Positions 8,024 to 13,957 of a stretch of 26,395 bases of DNA are shown here, piece by piece. A program made the translations under genes and the position numbers. Numbering within the stretch: position 1 is the stretch's first letter; each line of letters opens with the position of its first letter. The notes below the pieces were generated by a model. That model saw only the letters and a program-made list of their open reading frames with translations, was not told the DNA's origin and ran no database searches. This stretch comes from a virus (lineage: Duplodnaviria > Caudoviricetes). Location: IMG/VR virus record IMGVR_UViG_3300030376_006739, positions 1 through 26,395 of that record; one strand, written 5' to 3'.

Positions 8024-8423
8024 AAACAATCTCCTTAAACAGAGCATATTGCAATATTAAATCATATGTCTGTGCATCACTTCCATGTGGCCAATACTGA
8101 TATGTGCTCTCATCAAGATACATCTGTAATCCTTGTATAAGAGATGGTTTTGTTAATCTATGCATTCCGTCACCATCAGTATATATCCATAGCTCACCAC
8201 CTGCAGCTACACACTCAGATGCACGCTTCTTGCCTTTGTAATCATCTTTAGCTACTTCTATTTTACGTATCCAATAGTTACTGCCACCTTCAAAGCAACC
8301 AACCAATATACTATCTAAATGGTCTTCTGTTACTTCTATTGGTTTAAGTACAAATGTTTTATCTTCCTTGTTACAGTCGATGCAAGTGTCTGGATTCATA
8401 AGATGTTTGCATTCTTTACTCAT
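8016..8423 (-). CDS. Conserved-looking phage hypothetical protein
   Basis: EGGSNYW...DAQTYDLILQYALFKEIVYG; start reassigned to MSKECK (AAGGAG RBS). Confidence 0.75.
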   Translation of the reverse strand: MSKECKHLMNPDTCIDCNKEDKTFVLKPIEVTEDHLDSILVGCFEGGSNYWIRKIEVAKDDYKGKKRASECVAAGGELWIYTDGDGMHRLTKPSLIQGLQMYLDESTYQYWPHGSDAQTYDLILQYALFKEIVYG

Positions 8424-8604
8424 CAGTATCTCCTTTATCAAATTGCTCATGCAATTCAGTTTTATGGTTGATTATGTACATGTATGTATCCTTATCCAGA
8501 CCACTATCTCTTACTGCCTCTGGTGAGAATATGTCATACATCATTCTTTTTGCAAGCTTCTGGGTAAGCTTAAATGCATCCCATTGCTGTTTTGTTATAT
8601 CCAT
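8416..8604 (-). CDS. Hypothetical protein
   Basis: Start MDITKQ with AAGGAG RBS. Confidence 0.65.
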   Translation of the reverse strand: MDITKQQWDAFKLTQKLAKRMMYDIFSPEAVRDSGLDKDTYMYIINHKTELHEQFDKGDTDE

Positions 8605-8627
8605 TACATCTCCTTGTTTCAAATTTG

Positions 8628-9050
8628 TGGTCAGCAGGTAGCTATAATGAGGTCTATTTCAACTCTGATAATAACATTTATCACACTACTGACCATTAAT
8701 ATTGTGTGACAGTTGCGTATGCAGTATTGAGCTGTTCACCCGCTATGAACACTAATGACACCTGCGGTCATCACTCTCATGCTTCATCGACCTATACTGC
8801 CACACACTTAATATTGCTGAGAGCCTCACATATTCCTTTTTTCTGCGTAGCTGGCGATACAAGCTACTTAACCCCTACCTCAGGCACAGAATTGCATACA
8901 CAAGGATAGCAAACTGTTTTATCTTGTGTTTCGGGACTATCAAATATGCAATAGGACCAGTTATTGGCTCTCAACATATAAGGATACAGACATTCCCTGC
9001 TCGATTATCTGTGTTTAATGGTTGCGTATAAATAGCAGTCCGAACCATCC
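8628..9050 (-). ncRNA. Tandem cluster of about four structured RNA modules (family not identified)
   Basis: Closing stems 8628-8637/8686-8695, 8703-8713/8796-8806 and 8815-8825/8966-8976, each with a G-U wobble on the minus strand; nested hairpins; identical CAATATTAA linkers; no credible same-strand ORF. Confidence 0.7.
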
Positions 9051-9059
9051 TATTTCCTC

Positions 9060-9338
9060 CTATTCATCAGGATATAACTGTTCTCCAGCATATCCTTCAT
9101 CATGATACTCATCTTTCCTGTATGTGTATATGTTTGAATCATCATAACACTTATCACAGTAAAGACCTGTAAATATTCCATAAGCATCTGCTCTTGACCA
9201 CTTATGAAATTCAACTGTTGGTGTATTGAATGGGAAATCATCCCCAGATACTATCTTATTTGCTCCATCCATTTCATCATCATACCAATAGTCTTTGTCT
9301 GGTTTATGGCAGCCTCTACAGCTGAATGCATATTCCAT
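9060..9338 (-). CDS. Acidic CxxC...CxxC hypothetical protein
   Basis: CRGC and CDKC; D/E-rich. Confidence 0.7.
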   Translation of the reverse strand: MEYAFSCRGCHKPDKDYWYDDEMDGANKIVSGDDFPFNTPTVEFHKWSRADAYGIFTGLYCDKCYDDSNIYTYRKDEYHDEGYAGEQLYPDE

Positions 9339-9339
9339 A

Positions 9340-9567
9340 TTAATCCAACAGTATCATGTATTCTTTTGTATAATGCTTTCTAAACCAATCAAGACCCTGT
9401 CTTACTAATTTTGATTGACCTAGCATTTCAGCTCCCTTTATAACATCATAGGTTGCTACTGCATCAGGTGTCAATTCACATTTAAATCCTGTGAATGGAT
9501 TTGATACTGTTTCTGACTCTTCTCCTACTACTGCATCCTCGAATGGACATTTAGGTTGTTTACTCAT
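9340..9567 (-). CDS. Hypothetical protein
   Basis: AAAAGGAGACAGTATG start context. Confidence 0.75.
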   Translation of the reverse strand: MSKQPKCPFEDAVVGEESETVSNPFTGFKCELTPDAVATYDVIKGAEMLGQSKLVRQGLDWFRKHYTKEYMILLD

Positions 9568-9582
9568 ACTGTCTCCTTTTGA

Positions 9583-9870
9583 TTATCTTACTTTGTGTTC
9601 AATATTATGTGTGCTTATCAGTGTTAATGGAATATCCCATTGCTGATTATTATCATCTCTAACAATAGCCTTAGTTCTTTTTACCTTAACAATGTGTCCA
9701 TAGCCAACTTTCTGATTATCTACTTTAACTCTATCGCCTGGCAATAATGAATGTTTTAATCCTCTGGCAATATCTACTCGCCTCATATTAATCACTTTAT
9801 TCAGATGATTAAGTTCATCAGTATCATTTATCTTTGTCATTATATGACTTATTATGTCATTCACTTCCAT
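9583..9870 (-). CDS. Hypothetical protein with a C-terminal SH3/KOW-like region
   Basis: LLPGDRVKV...GHIVKVKRTKAIV...WDIP; start MEVNDI with AAGGAG RBS. Confidence 0.65.
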   Translation of the reverse strand: MEVNDIISHIMTKINDTDELNHLNKVINMRRVDIARGLKHSLLPGDRVKVDNQKVGYGHIVKVKRTKAIVRDDNNQQWDIPLTLISTHNIEHKVR

Positions 9871-10054
9871 CAGTATCTCCTTTTTCTTTATAAAATTTTT
9901 CAGGTGTTTTATACTTTTCCATATCTTTCCATAACACTTCATACAGTTCATCTAATCGCCTTGATTCCAACAGTAATATGTAGAATGATAATCTATTTGG
10001 CTCATAGCCTGCTATCAGTCCTTTACCTTTTGTGCTTTCAATCTCTTCTTTCAT
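9857..10054 (-). CDS. Hypothetical protein
   Basis: AAAAGGAGTAACTGATG start context. Confidence 0.7.
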   Translation of the reverse strand: MKEEIESTKGKGLIAGYEPNRLSFYILLLESRRLDELYEVLWKDMEKYKTPEKFYKEKGDTDGSE

Positions 10055-10066
10055 CAGTTACTCCTT

Positions 10067-10204
10067 TTATTTAAATAAATCATCTATATAATCCTTCTCT
10101 TCTGTTCCTACATATTCCCTAGCTAAATCTTCATCATATTCTGTAGTGTTCCAAAGAATAAAATTAGCTATTATACTTACTAATTTTTCTTTATTACTCT
10201 TCAT
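10067..10204 (-). CDS. 45-aa acidic hypothetical protein (not in ORF track)
   Basis: MKSNKEKLVSIIANFILWNTTEYDEDLAREYVGTEEKDYIDDLFK; AAAAGGAGTAGCTGATG start context. Confidence 0.7.
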   Translation of the reverse strand: MKSNKEKLVSIIANFILWNTTEYDEDLAREYVGTEEKDYIDDLFK

Positions 10205-10224
10205 CAGCTACTCCTTTTATATTA

Positions 10225-10530
10225 TTAAATTGTAGTTTTGCCTATCGCCATTGCTATCTTCCAACTATTATCAGCAAATATTGGTGTTTGCTCTTGTATA
10301 GTCCGTTCCAAGTCAAGCAAATGTCCATGTACAGCAAGCCTCATATATAATATATCAAATTCATAAACAGACATATCGGATATATCGGTTATATCATACT
10401 TGCAGTCACTTTCACTATCTGTTCCTGGCCAACCAAGTAGCACTTTCTTTCCTTTCCATTCTTCTACTCTGTAGTGAAAGCAGTCATGTAGCTCTACACT
10501 ATATTCGATTGTTATCACTTTACTTTTCAT
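10225..10530 (-). CDS. Hypothetical protein
   Basis: AAAGGAGTAGCTGATG start context. Confidence 0.72.
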   Translation of the reverse strand: MKSKVITIEYSVELHDCFHYRVEEWKGKKVLLGWPGTDSESDCKYDITDISDMSVYEFDILYMRLAVHGHLLDLERTIQEQTPIFADNSWKIAMAIGKTTI

Positions 10531-10541
10531 CAGCTACTCCT

Positions 10542-10667
10542 TTATGATTCACATTTACATTTATGTATTCTTTTTACTTTTGCTGTTGTGTCTCCAAACA
10601 CTTCAATTAAATACTTTCCTTTGCACAAATAACAGTGTGAATAATATTCTTTAATTTTCATAAACAT
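10542..10667 (-). CDS. 41-aa putative zinc-binding peptide (not in ORF track)
   Basis: MFMKIKEYYSHCYLCKGKYLIEVFGDTTAKVKRIHKCKCES; AGGAGTAACTGATATG start context. Confidence 0.62.
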   Translation of the reverse strand: MFMKIKEYYSHCYLCKGKYLIEVFGDTTAKVKRIHKCKCES

Positions 10668-10682
10668 ATCAGTTACTCCTTT

Positions 10683-10760
10683 TTAATTACCAAAGGCTTC
10701 ACATAGCCAGTCATATCTTTGATTACCATTTGAATCATATACTTTTACTTTTGCTACCAT
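10683..10760 (-). CDS. 25-aa peptide (not in ORF track)
   Basis: MVAKVKVYDSNGNQRYDWLCEAFGN; AAAAGGAGTAACTGATG start context. Confidence 0.55.
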   Translation of the reverse strand: MVAKVKVYDSNGNQRYDWLCEAFGN

Positions 10761-10794
10761 CAGTTACTCCTTTTCCTTTACTTTTACTTTACAA

Positions 10795-10864
10795 TTACTG
10801 AGAGCCTTTAAGATTGTGGTGTTTATTTCAACATACTGCACAGGGTCTTATTGGCTCTCAATAA
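10795..10864 (-). ncRNA. Structured RNA module sharing its termini with 8815-8976
   Basis: TTATTGAGAGCC / GGCTCTCAGTAA 12-bp stem, inner TAAGA/TCTTA and TGTG/CACA, apical GTTGAAATAAAC. Confidence 0.68.
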
Positions 10865-10865
10865 C

Positions 10866-11108
10866 CTATTGGACGAATCTTGTTTCTGATGCTTTAAACA
10901 GTTCGATTGCTTCATGTCTACAACTACGGCAACACAACATACTTCTATGATAGTTATCTTTATCAGTCCATGTAAGCAATTGCATCAAATCCTTTTTCAT
11001 TTCTTTATTACAGCCTTCACAATTGTAGAACTTTTCAGTAATAACAAACTGTGTGCCGTGATTACCCTTTATCTTTACTATTTTGTATTTGTTTTCGTCA
11101 AATTGCAT
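10866..11108 (-). CDS. Zinc-finger-like hypothetical protein
   Basis: CEGC...CCRSC. Confidence 0.7.
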   Translation of the reverse strand: MQFDENKYKIVKIKGNHGTQFVITEKFYNCEGCNKEMKKDLMQLLTWTDKDNYHRSMLCCRSCRHEAIELFKASETRFVQ

Positions 11109-11173
11109 TTACTGTTCCTTTACCTTTACCTTTACTTTTACTTTAAATTTTCAGTAGATATAAAAACTTGATG

Positions 11174-11212
11174 TAACAAAAAACCCAATCAATATTTCTA
11201 CTGATTGGGCTT
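11174..11212 (-). terminator. Rho-independent terminator
   Basis: GCCCAATCAGTA-GAAA-TATTGATTGGGT stem followed by a U-tract, just downstream of 11236..11616. Confidence 0.85.
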
Positions 11213-11235
11213 CGTTGTTTTGTACTCGTTGTTTG

Positions 11236-11616
11236 TTACTTGTTGTTTTTTGGTGTTTTTACATATTCAGCAACTTGTTTTTTTATGCCTTTGAAATAAA
11301 CTTGAATTTCTCCAACTTTTAATGCTTTATCAATTGTGTGCGATTGTTCGCCGTTTTTCAATTCAACATTGTCAATTGGTATTGTTATTGCTTGTGCATT
11401 ACGGACTTCAACAAGTTTGACCTCATTGTCTTTATCTTGTACATAGGTGTCAATTGTTAAGTTATCATTATAATACTTTGACAACTCTTTATCATTTTTA
11501 ATTGCTTTATCAATTGCCGAGTAAATCAGTTTGTGCAATTGGTCTTCAATTGATGATTTTTTACTTGTTGTTTTCTTTGTTGCTTGTTTTATGTTTAGTT
11601 TATTAATTAGACTCAT
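11236..11616 (-). CDS. Hypothetical protein, first gene of the leftward arm
   Basis: 126-aa ORF between a promoter and a terminator; basic N-terminus. Confidence 0.75.
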   Translation of the reverse strand: MSLINKLNIKQATKKTTSKKSSIEDQLHKLIYSAIDKAIKNDKELSKYYNDNLTIDTYVQDKDNEVKLVEVRNAQAITIPIDNVELKNGEQSHTIDKALKVGEIQVYFKGIKKQVAEYVKTPKNNK

Positions 11617-11719
11617 TTTGTTGTTTTCCTTTACTTTTACTTATTGTTTACCTTTTACTGATTTGAATAAACTTTTACTTTCACAAGTATTTTATAATTA
11701 TGTCAAAAAGCGATAAACC

Positions 11720-11749
11720 AATATACAAAAATGAAAACCCCGAAGTCAA
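11720..11749 (-). promoter_or_regulatory. Leftward sigma70-like promoter
   Basis: TTGACT-18 nt-TATATT with an AT-rich upstream tract. Confidence 0.7.
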
Positions 11750-11777
11750 GTAAAATAAATAAAATAATTAAAATATG

Positions 11778-11807
11778 TTGGATTATATAAATATTTATGC
11801 TTATTAT
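11778..11807 (+). promoter_or_regulatory. Rightward sigma70-like promoter
   Basis: TTGGAT-18 nt-TATTAT. Confidence 0.5.
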
Positions 11808-11860
11808 TAATTAGTTACAATGATGTAACAAAACAATAAATAAATAAGGACGAAAAAAAC

Positions 11861-12382
11861 ATGAAATATATTAATAAAATAATCAAACCAATAGTAACAT
11901 TAATAAGTAATATAAAATACTTGTTATGCAATAATATAGAGGATATAAACCTATATCAAACTAAATGTATTGATAATCGTGCTAGTTTACACACAATATT
12001 ATTAGATAGGGTTAATAATATATATGATAGTTTTAATGTTGAAAATATTGATGATATGGTACATGATATGCAATCAACACTAGATGATATGAAATCAAAC
12101 CTAGATGATAAAGTCAATGAATATGAAGTAAAAGATATATTAAGTGATGAGTTTGGATATAGTGAGGATTATATTAGCCATGATGATATGATTGATATTA
12201 GAGAAGATGTAGAAGGAGCTAATGAAAAAATGAAATCTCTAAAAACTACATTTGATATGTGCATAGAACATTTAAAAAATGGTGGTTTTAGTGATGAACT
12301 AACGGAATCATATAGAGAGTTAGCTACTCACAAAGTAATTGAGGAGTTAATATTTAGACTAGGTAACAATGAGAATGTTTAA
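11861..12382 (+). CDS. Acidic helical hypothetical protein
   Basis: 173-aa ORF, AAGGA RBS, D/E-rich core. Confidence 0.7.
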   Translation: MKYINKIIKPIVTLISNIKYLLCNNIEDINLYQTKCIDNRASLHTILLDRVNNIYDSFNVENIDDMVHDMQSTLDDMKSNLDDKVNEYEVKDILSDEFGYSEDYISHDDMIDIREDVEGANEKMKSLKTTFDMCIEHLKNGGFSDELTESYRELATHKVIEELIFRLGNNENV

Positions 12383-12662
12383 TAATCGTGTAATCAATAA
12401 AGGAGTTAATAGTATTATGTATGCAACAAGTAATAACACTATAGTACAAGAGCATAAACGAAATATGAATATACTTAAAGGTGTATTATTAATAGTAACT
12501 ATAAAGCATATTAAACACCACATGAAACTATTGAACGGATATCATAGTCATATTAGTTTTGGAATGTTTAGCAAGCTTAGTATCATTAAACAATATAAAT
12601 TAAAACCAATACAATTAGAGGTGTTGTATAATAATTTATTATTTAATAGTTATTTAAAATAA
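12369..12662 (+). CDS. Hypothetical protein (start may be 12417, after AAGGAG)
   Basis: ORF followed by a terminator. Confidence 0.55.
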   Translation: MRMFNNRVINKGVNSIMYATSNNTIVQEHKRNMNILKGVLLIVTIKHIKHHMKLLNGYHSHISFGMFSKLSIIKQYKLKPIQLEVLYNNLLFNSYLK

Positions 12663-12694
12663 TAAGCTCGGCAAATACGGAGTATTAAACAAAT

Positions 12695-12725
12695 AAACCC
12701 CATTTAATAGTGGGGTTTTTTGTTA
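12695..12725 (+). terminator. Rho-independent terminator
   Basis: AAACCCCAT-loop-GTGGGGTTTTTT. Confidence 0.85.
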
Positions 12726-12789
12726 TGGTTTACTTTTAACTATATAGTTTAAAAAAATGTATAAATTTCAATCAATATTATAATAAAAA

Positions 12790-13017
12790 ACCAAAAATGC
12801 AACACTACGAGGAAAGGGCAACGGAACTTTGGGGGGAGGGGCATGCGTAAAAAAAGACCGACACTCATGCTAATATAAATTTTTGAAAATATTTTTTTTT
12901 GTAATTTTTTGCAATTTCTTTCTTTTTGTATAATTACTATTATTTTTTTCTTTATTATATATAATATAGTATATATATAGTATTATATATTAACTGTTAA
13001 CTGTTAACAGGGGGGGA
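12790..13017. other. Non-coding G-tract plus AT-rich segment, candidate pac/terminus/origin
   Basis: G6-A-G4 at 12831-12841, T-tracts, TA-rich block, TAACTGT tandem, G7 at 13010-13016; directly upstream of terS. Confidence 0.45.
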
Positions 13018-13018
13018 T

Positions 13019-13048
13019 TTGGAATTTATAATATTTTATTCTTATATT
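13019..13048 (+). promoter_or_regulatory. Sigma70-like promoter, likely leaderless terS mRNA
   Basis: TTGGAA-18 nt-TATATT; ATG begins 6 nt after the -10; no SD. Confidence 0.6.
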
Positions 13049-13053
13049 ATTTC

Positions 13054-13779
13054 ATGGATTTCAAGGACATAAAAGAAACTAGACACTATTTGTACGATAA
13101 TCTAGGTGAATTTCAAGCATTTGTACAAAATATACCTGTTTCGGAGGATTGGAGACTAGCCGATGAAGGAGATTGGGTATTAACCGATGATGGATATGTA
13201 TGTCAAATCCTTAAAAAGTCTAAAATTGGTAAAAAAATGTGCATTCGTACATTATGTGGAACATATGACATTACTGCTAAGTTTGATATGATAGGGGAGA
13301 AGGGTATTGCTGACAATATCTACTCATTTTCGGGTAAACACTCATTTGATACGGACAAGGTTAGTGGTAAACAACAATTATTTGCACAATATGTTGCAAA
13401 AGGGGATAATGCTATTGAAGCTTATAAGAAATCACACCCCGATGCAAAAAGTGAATCATATATCAAACGTAGAACAAGTAGTCTACTAAAGACGGAAAGT
13501 GTACAAAAGATGATTAAAAAAGAAATTCAAGAAGTTTTAGCCTCTGAAGGTGTAACACCTGAGTGGATTATTGGTAAATACAAAAATGTTGTAGATATTG
13601 CCGATAAAGAATCTGATTGCTTAAGGGCATTAGAGAGTCTGACGAAGATTGCAGGGTTATTCGACACTCAAGAAACAAAATCAGAACAACTTACTGTATG
13701 GGCTGGTTTTTCACCTGAACAACTGGAGGCACTCAATGGCACTAAGGAACTCATCGCTCACGCAGAAAAAGAGGGATAA
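13054..13779 (+). CDS. terS: Terminase small subunit with an N-terminal extension
   Basis: KQQLFAQYVAKGDNAIEAYKK...SLLKTESVQKMI...LRALESLTKIAGLF; position upstream of TerL. Confidence 0.78.
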   Translation: MDFKDIKETRHYLYDNLGEFQAFVQNIPVSEDWRLADEGDWVLTDDGYVCQILKKSKIGKKMCIRTLCGTYDITAKFDMIGEKGIADNIYSFSGKHSFDTDKVSGKQQLFAQYVAKGDNAIEAYKKSHPDAKSESYIKRRTSSLLKTESVQKMIKKEIQEVLASEGVTPEWIIGKYKNVVDIADKESDCLRALESLTKIAGLFDTQETKSEQLTVWAGFSPEQLEALNGTKELIAHAEKEG

Positions 13780-13957
13780 TTGCCCTATTTGCAAGCGAAA
13801 TCTGTATTTAAATAGTAAGACTTCAAAAAGAGTTGGAGTCTTGAACGAATTTGACGAGGTCGAAGAATGGATGTGTCCATACTGCGATTCTCAATTTACA
13901 CTTAATAATAAGCCTACGGTATTGTATGGCACAATGAATGTTGAAGGAGAAGCATAA
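13736..13957 (+). CDS. Zinc-ribbon protein
   Basis: CPIC...CPYC; GGAGG RBS before MALRNS. Confidence 0.68.
   Translation: MALRNSSLTQKKRDNCPICKRNLYLNSKTSKRVGVLNEFDEVEEWMCPYCDSQFTLNNKPTVLYGTMNVEGEA

Noticed and set aside
8703-8806. Cloverleaf-like shape suggesting a tRNA
   Set aside because: No GTTCRA T-arm, no D-loop GG in position and no 7-bp acceptor geometry
8706-8909. Plus-strand 67-aa ORF across the RNA cluster
   Set aside because: Antisense to the operon, no RBS, atypical composition; better explained by the GC-richer structured RNA
8890-8952. Hammerhead-like arrangement in module C (GAAAC-stem-GTA followed by stem I, minus strand)
   Set aside because: The CUGANGA core and stem II are missing (the sequence reads TATTTGATAGTCCC), so it cannot be called a hammerhead; self-cleavage is untested
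3133-11716. Plus-strand ORFs in the left arm (3133, 4975, 6886, 7634, 7713, 9805, 10914, 11531) and the alternate-frame 9050..9241
   Set aside because: Shadows of better-supported minus-strand genes; no RBS
11174-12725. IS or transposon implied by the 13-bp inverted repeat
   Set aside because: No transposase or target-site duplication; the repeat coincides with terminator stems and U-tracts
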